A DNA stretch of 28,095 nt from positions 1 to 28,095 of the forward strand of contig JBCCQY010000118.1 of the NCBI GenBank assembly GCA_039208735.1. Direction: 5' to 3'. Source of the DNA: Myxococcota bacterium (GTDB lineage Bacteria; Myxococcota_A; UBA796; GCA-2862545). Positions within the stretch are counted from its first letter, which is position 1. Each line of letters begins with the position of its first letter. Positions 17,201 to 24,739 of the stretch are shown here, piece by piece. A program made the position numbers and the translations under genes. The notes below the pieces were generated by a model that worked only from the letters and a program-made list of their open reading frames with translations, ran no database searches and had not been told where the DNA came from.

Positions 17201-17339
17201 TTCCTTTCTCCATGTCGTCGAAATTCTTGCGGGGGCCCATGTGCACCCCGACCGCTTGCTCTCGGCTGAAGGACGTTCGCGCCTCGATGCTGACGAGCAC
17301 CGCGTCCGGCTGCGCATCCACCAGGAGGGACACCTCTGA
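14271..17339 (+). CDS. Large uncharacterised protein of the FtsH/MoxR cluster (about 1022 aa)
   Basis: ATG 14271. Alpha/beta N-terminal region, Pro/Thr/Arg linker (about 15430-15580), long helical-repeat C-terminal region. From memory it resembles the X7-type component. Confidence 0.85.
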   Translation: MTLRFSDDDAIRAALGVVPPDVQARGGHFWREDDAIVVQADLPAEVCKALVAAGISEVDPRDPNDGEAFLHWLALVPPVAEPDPDLREVLFLLPPGEGWIGLASELVRLGCDDQELLRLDQGDWLIKARNPPYYTVAKAADGAFVAFTRDGPDLWVEMGFHHEMAERVSAPDGTILLARRSGWRAIEATEWTPLDTRLELLAQPATTYTAEPPDEPLVVKLRLIPTPKAHRPSLWVVPPPVASRLESLLRTLPEATVEQLELARFIGEAEDHGALLRARPGTPPPILEGLDAFVPHPHLASLFVPWGMAIDPPLQARTIQRLLDPGSGRVAWVTPLDQGMSTHFVEEGAFQRLADHVLYVAETDEGALDAWMGNAAFEWEPLNLEVVGATERTPRSRRFTTESDRGPVVASTGPATPRPRTTPRTESAPATPAPRTFEVQLSEPGEIEQALQDLQAEWTENPDRTDLWAPMAMLHHRLDQPREAALCWTRALWDADAESRSQLIQQWAGELPQVDELPAEPDPTQLTAVVAHLLAENLESDPPEIQRWLDEHDPVLDVRSRWLARRRVAQLAGGDELALARARDDILASIRSGLMPVRDVPAFMRTSTTPEDRRRLAESLAGIEQGLLPLTPKTAPQACTRAYTRLTLAWANARLGIAEPAVQALGQAEEDLPAEDAIHMVLLGLYRAGIDEALRGLPEETPPPAAVQQQLSALAKFDRYKIDRLRNVSMGVLREPQAQNPFEAFVSEDRQELAALPPDALLPALNERLENLSEDRPDRDLKEILQGIVALDESDGARLLDRVLDQAQALPGLVAVPVLVEVVGVAAALRRPSAGEATLSRLAEGLAQAMDEDPTDIAQPAIQSLARHLARCGLMTQGRVLFAGLQERCPAEEQVLRLRLAGALAHVGGTVTDEAEAGLRLLEQPELPLPERLRLLSAVADLAAPMPLTNAIELWASIVPQARRVEDAYSTNTHFALSFLHVVEILAGAHVHPDRLLSAEGRSRLDADEHRVRLRIHQEGHL

Positions 17340-18364
17340 GCACCACGACCCACGAAACCGTCGCCGCGATGGACTTCGAGACCCTGGCGAGCGAAGCGCA
17401 GGCCATTCGGGAGCGAATCAATCGCTTCCGCACCTCGCTTTCGCAGTACTTCGTCGGCAAGAAGGACATCGTCGACCTGATGACCCTCTGCGCGGTCGCC
17501 CAAGAGCCGCTCTTGCTCGTAGGGCCTCCGGGAACGGCGAAGTCGGCGCTCGTCCTAAAGTTCAAGGATGCGCTCGACATCGACGACCAGCGGTACTTCG
17601 AGTACATGCTCACCCGGTTCACCGAGCCGTCCGAGGTCATGGGACCCATCGACATCGCGCGACTGCGCGGAGGGGAGTACATCCGGCGGGTCCAGGGGAA
17701 GTTGCCCACCGCCGAACTCGTCTTCCTCGATGAGATTTTCAAGTCGAACTCAGCCATCCTGAACTCGTTGCTCACCGTCATCAACGAAAAGAAGTTCTAC
17801 CAGGACGGACGGGCAGTACCCGTCAGCCTGCGCATTCTCTTTGCGGCGACCAACGACATTCCTGAGCAAGCCGAACTTGCTGCGCTGAAAGACCGCTTCT
17901 GCTTGAAGGTGGCATGCCGCTCCGTGCAGCAGGATCACTTCATGGAGCTCGTGGATTCGGGCCTCGAAGACGCGACGAACCGCGACCTCGGGAGGCGACC
18001 GTGGTCCGAGGGTCACGCAGACCTGGGGGACTTCTACAAGGCCCATCGCTACCTGTCGCTTCAGATGTCGAAGCGGGACGTCGACCCCGACGGCAAGGTG
18101 GTTCGCGATCGGCATCTGTTCTTCCCCGACGAGCTGCTCGTTGAACTGCGGCGCCTGGTGAAGACGCTTGTGCTCGAAGATGACGTCTTCGTCAGTGACC
18201 GGAAGGTGGTCAAGCTCTACCGCCTGCTTCGGACCCGGGCCTGGCTGCACCGCGGCGGTCGCGTCGAGCGAGTAGATCTGGTGCTGCTGTCGTACCTGGG
18301 CGAGACTCAGGCGGAGATGGACCTCCTCGAAGAGAAGGTCCCGAAGTTGCTGGGCATCCAGTGA
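17336..18364 (+). CDS. RavA/MoxR-family AAA+ ATPase
   Basis: LLLVGPPGTAKS, YFEYMLTRFTEPSEVMGP, VFLDEIFKSNSAILNSLLTVINE, AATN, ALKDRF, SDRK. Start is CTG 17336 (good SD, overlaps the upstream stop) or ATG 17369. Confidence 0.92.
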   Translation: MSTTTHETVAAMDFETLASEAQAIRERINRFRTSLSQYFVGKKDIVDLMTLCAVAQEPLLLVGPPGTAKSALVLKFKDALDIDDQRYFEYMLTRFTEPSEVMGPIDIARLRGGEYIRRVQGKLPTAELVFLDEIFKSNSAILNSLLTVINEKKFYQDGRAVPVSLRILFAATNDIPEQAELAALKDRFCLKVACRSVQQDHFMELVDSGLEDATNRDLGRRPWSEGHADLGDFYKAHRYLSLQMSKRDVDPDGKVVRDRHLFFPDELLVELRRLVKTLVLEDDVFVSDRKVVKLYRLLRTRAWLHRGGRVERVDLVLLSYLGETQAEMDLLEEKVPKLLGIQ

Positions 18365-19674
18365 ACGAGGCCGAGCTTGCGGCCGGGCTCTGCCTGGCCC
18401 GCATCGACCCACCGTCTTCCGATCTCGTCACTCGCGCCAAACCGGGCATCGCAGCGGCGTTGGAGCGGTCGTTTCGCTTGCCCCCGCTCGGGTTGGTGGC
18501 CGACATCGCCGCGATGCTCGAAGACCCGAGCCCGACGTTGTCACGCGCGTCCATGCCCTTCATGGACCTCCGCAAGTATGACGACCGCATCGTGGGGCCG
18601 TTGCTCATGCACCGGTTGCGGACGTCATTGGCGGATGCCTATGCAGGGTTGCCCGATAGCTGGCGGGGAGCCGCGGTGGCGGCGCTTGCCGAACGCCTGT
18701 GTGATGACCTCGACCCGCAGGCCCCCTGGTGGGAAGCTGCCGGACTTCGCAAGTGGCTCGGCCAGCCCACCGACGAAGTGTGGGAGCACGGGTTGCGGGC
18801 GCTCGCCACCGAGGCTGCGCGGTCGGCGCTGGGCGACCGCCTTCAGGCGATGATCGCATCGGGCACTGCACGCTGGACCCCCGCGGACGTGCATCTGGTG
18901 CGCAACTTGCCTGCCATGGCCACACGAGCTCAACGGGTGGCGGTTCGACAGGTGCTCGAAGCCGCGGCAACGCTCGATCAGCGCTTGCCCCGGTCGGTCC
19001 GTCCTCGCGTGCGTACCGGTCAAATCGCAAGTGGGCTCGAAGAGGACGACGCCTATCCCACCGGGGGGTTCTCGGCGCTCACCAATAGCGGGAGCCCCGA
19101 GAATCTGGTGACCTCTGAACTCGTCTACATGGACGATGGCGACGGCATTGATCTGTTCGATGTTCGGTTCGCCGAGGGCGAATTGCTCTACTATACGCGC
19201 GACGAATCGATCTACACCCGAGAGCGACGCCGCATCGGGATTGGGCTCGCTGCCGACTGCATTTCGGCGCGGGTGAAGGACGTGGAGTTGCCGTTCCAGC
19301 GCCTGGTGTTGGCGCTCGGCGTGTTGCACGCGGTTGTCGAACGTGTGGTGAACTGGCTCGGTCGGGTTGAACTCGAGATTACGATCCATCCCATCGGTAG
19401 CGAACTTGCGGATGAAACCCGGCTGCTCGACTTGGTGTTGCGGACCTGGATCGACGCGGGAGTCGTCCAGATCGAACCCCTTTCCAAGGCCGAGGACTTT
19501 GGGCATCGAATCAACGAAAAAAGCCAGCGGGTGCAGACGGATGCGGTGTGGATCACCACCGATCCTGAATCCACGCCAGAGGTCGTCATCGAGCCGTTCG
19601 TGTTCGGGATTGGGGCTGCGACGGTCGACCAGTGGAGCCGCGATGCCACGGCTTTAGCCCGTCACCTCGCGTGA
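18361..19674 (+). CDS. MoxR partner with a ViaA-like pre-vWA motif and degenerate vWA domain (437 aa)
   Basis: YPTGGFSALTNSGSPENLVTSELVY...LFDVRFAEGELLYY resembles the segment preceding vWA domains in MoxR partners. GTGA overlap with the ATPase. No DxSxS motif visible. Confidence 0.7.
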   Translation: MNEAELAAGLCLARIDPPSSDLVTRAKPGIAAALERSFRLPPLGLVADIAAMLEDPSPTLSRASMPFMDLRKYDDRIVGPLLMHRLRTSLADAYAGLPDSWRGAAVAALAERLCDDLDPQAPWWEAAGLRKWLGQPTDEVWEHGLRALATEAARSALGDRLQAMIASGTARWTPADVHLVRNLPAMATRAQRVAVRQVLEAAATLDQRLPRSVRPRVRTGQIASGLEEDDAYPTGGFSALTNSGSPENLVTSELVYMDDGDGIDLFDVRFAEGELLYYTRDESIYTRERRRIGIGLAADCISARVKDVELPFQRLVLALGVLHAVVERVVNWLGRVELEITIHPIGSELADETRLLDLVLRTWIDAGVVQIEPLSKAEDFGHRINEKSQRVQTDAVWITTDPESTPEVVIEPFVFGIGAATVDQWSRDATALARHLA

Positions 19675-20771
19675 ACGCCCCTCGCCACTGGATTCTCATC
19701 GGAAATCCCGAGAACCGACGGGTTACCGGGTTTGTCGACGCGGTAGCCCGTGAAGACGCAGGCACTGTCACCGTGGTCCCTTGGACCGAGGTGGTCGCCC
19801 GCCCCGACTTCTGGACGGAACTCGACCCCTCCCCTGCGTTCGTTCGCATCGAGTCGCTGGGTGAAAACCCCGAAGTTCAGAACGCCATGCTGCGGCTCGG
19901 TGGGATGCCCGCTCGGCGACCGTTGCCCTTTGGGGCGTTCGTCCCTCCCGCGCCAAGCCATCAGGGCTTCTTGGCGCTCCTCGATCGGGTTGCCGCAGGC
20001 TTGCGCGAACGTCCGCAATGGACCCCGCTCGCGACCCCCGAGGCCATTCGGCTGGTCTTTGACAAGTCTACGTTTCACCGTCACTGTCGCGACTTGGGAG
20101 TTGCGGTCGCCGAAACGATCGAAGCGTCGTCGCGGTCCGAATTGGAAGCGGTGATGCAAGCGGAAGGGTGGGGGGCCGCCTTCGTAAAGATCCGCACTGG
20201 GTCGTCAGCGGTGGGCGTTGGCATCTATGCCTTGCGGCCCCGGCCGACGTTCACGACGACCGTCCACATGAGCGCGGCAGGATGGTTCAATTCGCTTCGA
20301 TTGAGGCGCTATACGCAGGAAGCAGACCTCGACCGCATCGTCCACGGCCTGATGTCGCACGGGGTGCACATCGAGCGTGCGATCGAAAAAGCCCGTCTCC
20401 ATGGAGCCAACTTTGATTGTCGGGTGCTGATGATCCACGGCGAGCCCAAGTTCGTGGTGGTGCGTCAGAATCGTCACCCCATCACCAATCTGCATTTGGG
20501 CGGATGGCGGGGTGATCTCCAGGCGCTGCGCGAGCAGTGCCCTCCCCTCGTGTGGGACCACGCCATGGACGATGCGCGTCGGATCGCCAAGGCATACGGC
20601 GGGCTTCACCTCGGCCTCGACATCCTGTTCACATCGGGATTTCAACGGCATGTCGTGATCGAAGCCAATGCGTTTGGCGACTTGCTGCCGCGTCTGACGC
20701 ACGAAGGCCGGGACGTCTACGCCACGGAAGTGGCGGCCGCCCCGGCCTGGTGGTCACAACAGTTGGCGTGA
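19671..20771 (+). CDS. ATP-grasp protein, STM4014-like (about 366 aa)
   Basis: GNPENRRV, RIESLGE, FDK, FVKIRTGSSAVGV, FDCRVL, PITNLHLGG.RGD, GLDILF, IEANAFGDLLP (ExN). GTG 19671 overlaps the upstream stop (GTGA). Confidence 0.85.
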   Translation: MNAPRHWILIGNPENRRVTGFVDAVAREDAGTVTVVPWTEVVARPDFWTELDPSPAFVRIESLGENPEVQNAMLRLGGMPARRPLPFGAFVPPAPSHQGFLALLDRVAAGLRERPQWTPLATPEAIRLVFDKSTFHRHCRDLGVAVAETIEASSRSELEAVMQAEGWGAAFVKIRTGSSAVGVGIYALRPRPTFTTTVHMSAAGWFNSLRLRRYTQEADLDRIVHGLMSHGVHIERAIEKARLHGANFDCRVLMIHGEPKFVVVRQNRHPITNLHLGGWRGDLQALREQCPPLVWDHAMDDARRIAKAYGGLHLGLDILFTSGFQRHVVIEANAFGDLLPRLTHEGRDVYATEVAAAPAWWSQQLA

Positions 20772-20772
20772 C

Positions 20773-21585
20773 CTAGAGTTCCGGCTCTTCGTCATCCCAT
20801 TCGCCGAACTCGTCATCGATTTCGTAATCGCGCCAAGACCGTCCGCTTTCACGCTTGTTGCGTCGCGGTGATGGGTTCTTAGACCGAAAATCGGTCTCTT
20901 CTTGCGGCTTCTTCTTCTTGACCTGCTTCCGGTCTCCACGACGTTCTCGATCGTCCCAGCCGGTCGGCGCGTCGGCTTGCCCCGGAGGCGGCAAGCTCGG
21001 TCTACCTGCCCCTCCTGGGCCACCTCGACCCGGTCCACGCGGGCCTCCTGGTCCACGCGGGCCTCCTGGTCCACGCGGGCCTCCCGGTCCACGCGGGCCT
21101 CCCGGTCCACGCGGGCCTCCCGGTCCACGCGGGCCTCGATCCATCGAGCGGGGGCCTCGCGAATCACCACGATACCCGCCACCCGGCCGATCACGGTCGC
21201 CACCTGGACGACCTCCAGGACGACCCCGCACCGTCACATCGGGTGGTCCCCCGCGCGAATCCCGGCGAGGGCCCCGCGGCGGACGGTCTCCGCGAGGCGG
21301 TCCCCCAGGACCACGGGGGCCCCGTCCTCCACCGCGTGGTCGGTCCTCGGCTTCGTTTACGCGAATGGTACGACCGTCGAGCGTCGCGCCATTCATATTG
21401 GACATGGCGTCCTGCGCATCGCTTGGAGTCTCGAAGGTGACAAAACCGAAACCGCGGCTTCGCCCCGTATCTCGATCCAAAATGACCCGTGCTTCGCGAA
21501 CCGCCCCGAAAGATTCAAATGCGGTTCGCAGAGAATCGTCGGTGGTATCCCAGCTCAGTCCACCAACAAACAGCTTGCTGCCCAT
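20773..21585 (-). CDS. RRM RNA-binding protein with long G/P/R low-complexity tail (about 270 aa)
   Basis: RNP2 LFVGGL, RNP1 [19 protein letters not shown]. Start ATG 21585 (MGSKLF). Confidence 0.93.
   Translation of the reverse strand: MGSKLFVGGLSWDTTDDSLRTAFESFGAVREARVILDRDTGRSRGFGFVTFETPSDAQDAMSNMNGATLDGRTIRVNEAEDRPRGGGRGPRGPGGPPRGDRPPRGPRRDSRGGPPDVTVRGRPGGRPGGDRDRPGGGYRGDSRGPRSMDRGPRGPGGPRGPGGPRGPGGPRGPGGPRGPGGPRGPGRGGPGGAGRPSLPPPGQADAPTGWDDRERRGDRKQVKKKKPQEETDFRSKNPSPRRNKRESGRSWRDYEIDDEFGEWDDEEPEL
21032..21137. repeat. 18-bp tandem repeat, about 6 copies, encoding (GPRGPG)n on the minus strand
   Basis: GGTCCACGCGGGCCTCCY starts at 21032, 21050, 21068, 21086, 21104 and 21122 (last copy 16 bp). 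Only the final base varies. Confidence 0.97.
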
Positions 21586-21631
21586 GTCCTCACATTCCGC
21601 CAGGGTGTTGTCCTGGCAACAGTCCATGCCG

Positions 21632-21640
21632 AGTGTAGCA
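21632..21640 (-). promoter_or_regulatory. Candidate extended -10 promoter for the RRM gene
   Basis: Minus strand reads TG-C-TACACT (TGnTAnnnT) about 46 nt upstream of ATG 21585. No convincing -35. Confidence 0.45.
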
Positions 21641-21672
21641 TGTTCCACCTGGATGAACCGAGAACCCCTTGA

Positions 21673-22608
21673 TCAGACCGAACCGTCGAGGTCAAGGAAC
21701 CCCAGATAATCTGGCTGCTCTGCGAACTCGTCAAGGGAATTCGGTTGGACGTCGTGAAGACGTTGAGCCTCGGGCGCGAGCGTTGGGGCAAGGGCTTCGA
21801 TCACGGCAAATGCGACGTCGACCTCGATCAACCTTCGCTGCACTGCATCGGCGAACAGGTCGAGCCAATGTTCGGGCGTCTCGGCAAGCCGACAATCCAC
21901 CGCAACGTCGGCCACCTTCTCGAGGGGCAACCGCCCCCGCGCATGAAGCACCAAAGCAGCTTGGAACCAGCTTGAAACGGGATGGACCTTTGAGCCCAAC
22001 CGCGCGAACCGTTTGGGTGCGGTTCCTCGATCGAGTCGGATGAAGATGTCCTCGACCGCATCGGCGCGCTCAATCCGTTCGATCGCGCGAACAGCCTTTT
22101 CGATCGCATCGGGGTAGGCGCGGCAGCGCGTGAGGAGTTCTGTCACATCCTCGGCTCCGAGTTCACCAGCCACGACCCCGGCATAGACGGCGTAGATCAG
22201 GCCGTCCTTCTCGGAGTCATCGCCAAACCACGTCTCGGTGGTGTCGACCGACAATGCCACACGATCCGCCAGCAGCGTGGGGAGTTTGTACCCGACCTGC
22301 GCCCGCAATGCGCGAAACCGACCCCGCCGCAAGTTTCGCAAGTTGTCTTTCAGCGTGAGGCGGTCGAACGTGATGCCGTCGATCGCGAGCTTTTGCTCGA
22401 TGGCCGGTCGCAGTTGTCGAGGTGAGCCAGAGAGAAAGCGGATTCGCGCTGCCTCATCCGCCGCGAGAAGGCCTCGCGCCAGGGGTGCGGCACCGGGAAC
22501 GGTGCGCTTTTGACTCGGGCGCTCGACAGCGGCCCGCAGAAGTCCACTCAACGAGTGGATTTCTGTGTCGAGGTAGGTACGATCGAGGTCCCAGCCGAAG
22601 ATATGCAC
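21673..22608 (-). CDS. HAD-superfamily App1-like phosphatase domain protein (311 aa)
   Basis: N-terminal WDLDRT (DxDxT), FLSGSP, LK and [10 protein letters not shown]. Exact start uncertain. Confidence 0.8.
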   Translation of the reverse strand: MHIFGWDLDRTYLDTEIHSLSGLLRAAVERPSQKRTVPGAAPLARGLLAADEAARIRFLSGSPRQLRPAIEQKLAIDGITFDRLTLKDNLRNLRRGRFRALRAQVGYKLPTLLADRVALSVDTTETWFGDDSEKDGLIYAVYAGVVAGELGAEDVTELLTRCRAYPDAIEKAVRAIERIERADAVEDIFIRLDRGTAPKRFARLGSKVHPVSSWFQAALVLHARGRLPLEKVADVAVDCRLAETPEHWLDLFADAVQRRLIEVDVAFAVIEALAPTLAPEAQRLHDVQPNSLDEFAEQPDYLGFLDLDGSV

Positions 22609-22674
22609 GGCAGCACACGTAACTCTTTCCCTGCCTCCAAGGATCGAGAGCGGACCGCCGGTTACCGCTCCGTC

Positions 22675-23157
22675 GTGGATCCCGATCCGTTCTCGAGCCC
22701 GCCCCTTGCGCTCGCCCCCGGTGCGACCGCCGCTCTTAGCCGTGCCTTACGCAGGCTCCGACACGATCTCGGCAAGAGCATGTCACTGCAGCTTCGCTTC
22801 GCGGGACCCCAGGCTACGGCACAGGAACGATCCTCTGCATTGACCGAAGATCTCTGTCGCACGCGACGGGGCCCTCGGGGGACCCAGAGTGCGTTTGATC
22901 TGTACGACGAAGCGCGAACCTGGCTCATCGGAGAGGCCGACCTACCAGGGGTTCCAGGGCAACGTGCCAAGCTCACCGACGATCCGGTGTGGAACGTGAT
23001 TGACGATGCCTTTCAGCGGCTCCGCCCTCATCGCGAGGCGATCGCCGCGGGAAGCGTCCGTCCTCCGCTACTCGACGAGTTGGTGGCTACCGTGTTCGAG
23101 GCCAGCGATGGGTTTCGAAGGCTTGCCCAACGCTATTCCGAGGCCTCACATGGCTGA
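22675..23157 (+). CDS. Small helical protein with a histidine-kinase H-box-like motif (about 160 aa)
   Basis: LRRLRHDLGKSM, no ATPase boxes; stop overlaps the next ATG by 8 nt. Start inferred at GTG 22675 to avoid overlapping the divergent gene. Confidence 0.6.
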   Translation: MDPDPFSSPPLALAPGATAALSRALRRLRHDLGKSMSLQLRFAGPQATAQERSSALTEDLCRTRRGPRGTQSAFDLYDEARTWLIGEADLPGVPGQRAKLTDDPVWNVIDDAFQRLRPHREAIAAGSVRPPLLDELVATVFEASDGFRRLAQRYSEASHG

Positions 23158-24739
23158 GATCTTGATTGTCGACGACCAGGACCGGTACGCCGACCTCTGT
23201 CGTCGTGCGATGCCCGAACACCACTTTGTCGGCCCTGCACGGAGCTATCGCGACGCGGCGAAGCTGCTTCGCTCGGCGCGCGGACGAGTGGACGCCGTGT
23301 TGCTCGATGTCCATTTCGACATCCAGGACGACGAGCTGGTCGAGTTCGCCGACGGCCCTCGGGATCCCGAAGAACTCCGGCGAACCCAGGGCATTGCGAT
23401 CCTCGCTCGGATCCGTGAATCGTGGCCGGACCTACCGGTGGTGCTCCTGACGAGCCGCGATGAGGTCTCGCTCGACACGCTTCCCGGAGACCAGGAATAC
23501 ACCTACTTCTTCGACGACGAAGCGGTCGATGCCCAGACGTTGCGCGGGCAGATCGAGAGCATCGTCGCCGGTCGAGAAGCGATGTCGGAAGGGCCGGTGT
23601 ATTGGGGGCGTTCTCCGCGGATGCATCGGTTGAGGCGACGTTTGGCGACCCTTGCTCGCGGCCGACTGCCGGTGGTGCTCCTCGGCCCGACAGGAACGGG
23701 CAAAAGCCTGATCGCGCGGCACTTCGTGCATCAACGCTCGGGTCGCTCCGGGCGCTTTGTCGCGGTCGATCTGTCGACGATCCCTTCCGATTTGGGAGCG
23801 GCGCACCTCTTTGGCGCCGTGAAAGGCGCTTATACGGGTTCCACCGCGGACCGGATGGGGGCCTTTGAGGCGGCATCGGGGGGCACCTTGTTCCTCGACG
23901 AGGTGGGGAACCTGTCGCCTGACGCCCAGAAGATGTTGCTCACCGTGCTTCAGGAGAGCTGCGTGGTTCGTCTGGGAGATCTCCGGGAGCGCGCCGTCGA
24001 CGTAAAACTCGTGGTGGCGACCAATGAAGATCTGGCGTCTCGCGTAGCGAAGGGCGAGTTCCGGGCCGATCTCTTCATGCGACTGAATCCGGCGGCCGCC
24101 ATCACCTTGCCTCCACTCGAGGACCGGGGGCTCGAGCTGGGCCACCTGTTGACCTTCTGCCTCGATCAGGCGCTCCAGCGGCCCTATCTGCGAGGGTTGG
24201 TCGAGGAATACCGCAGCGCGGCAAACCTCCCCGGCACGCGGGTCACGGTGGTGCCTGGCGGACGAGCCCCGCCATCCGAACCTGGAGTGCTGCACCTCGT
24301 GTTCCCGGATCGAACCATGGGCTTGCTTCAGCGCCACCATTGGCCGGGCAACCTGCGAGAATTTTCGATGGTCGCAGAGAATGCGGCCCTCTTCGCCCTT
24401 TCGGAACTCACGGCGGTCCCTCCTGGAATGCGCCCGGATGTGGTTCAGGTTCGCCCAAAGCTGGTCCAGGATCTTCTCGCCACCGCCCCCGCAGCCCACC
24501 CACCATCGGATGGCGTGCGCATGACCGTGACCTTGCGACCCCAGGAGACGCTCAACAAGGTCGCCGTCGATTGCGAGCGCCAGTATTTCGAGGCCTTGTT
24601 TCATGAGCATGACGGCGACTTTGGACGGATGGCCGCCCAGCTCCTTGGCGATGGCGCGCAAGGCCGAAAGATTCAACTCCGGTTCAACCAGCTTGGCCTT
24701 CGCGTTCGCGACCTCAAGAAGCGCAGGAATCAGCCATGA
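23150..24739 (+). CDS. Sigma54-dependent response regulator (REC + AAA + divergent HTH, about 529 aa)
   Basis: ILIVDDQ and VLLD; GPTGTGKS, LFGAVKGAYTGS, GGTLFLDEVG, FRADLFMRLN, WPGNLRE; Fis-like end. ATG 23150. Confidence 0.9.
   Translation: MAEILIVDDQDRYADLCRRAMPEHHFVGPARSYRDAAKLLRSARGRVDAVLLDVHFDIQDDELVEFADGPRDPEELRRTQGIAILARIRESWPDLPVVLLTSRDEVSLDTLPGDQEYTYFFDDEAVDAQTLRGQIESIVAGREAMSEGPVYWGRSPRMHRLRRRLATLARGRLPVVLLGPTGTGKSLIARHFVHQRSGRSGRFVAVDLSTIPSDLGAAHLFGAVKGAYTGSTADRMGAFEAASGGTLFLDEVGNLSPDAQKMLLTVLQESCVVRLGDLRERAVDVKLVVATNEDLASRVAKGEFRADLFMRLNPAAAITLPPLEDRGLELGHLLTFCLDQALQRPYLRGLVEEYRSAANLPGTRVTVVPGGRAPPSEPGVLHLVFPDRTMGLLQRHHWPGNLREFSMVAENAALFALSELTAVPPGMRPDVVQVRPKLVQDLLATAPAAHPPSDGVRMTVTLRPQETLNKVAVDCERQYFEALFHEHDGDFGRMAAQLLGDGAQGRKIQLRFNQLGLRVRDLKKRRNQP

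Noticed and set aside
9791..20772. Cluster as a mobile island
   Set aside because: No integrase, transposase, tRNA or flanking repeats, and no visible compositional shift.
21032..21137. Possible CRISPR array
   Set aside because: Units are contiguous with no unique spacers, lie in frame within a CDS, and no cas genes are present.
20855..21709. Plus-strand collagen-like ORF (GPRGPP)n and other frames over the repeat
   Set aside because: Antisense or alternate-frame shadows of the RRM gene, which has clear RNP motifs.
22647..22670. GAGCGG...CCGCTC hairpin and a possible sigma54 promoter in the divergent gap
   Set aside because: A 6-bp stem is unremarkable at this GC content, and I found no TGGCAC-N5-TTGC match.
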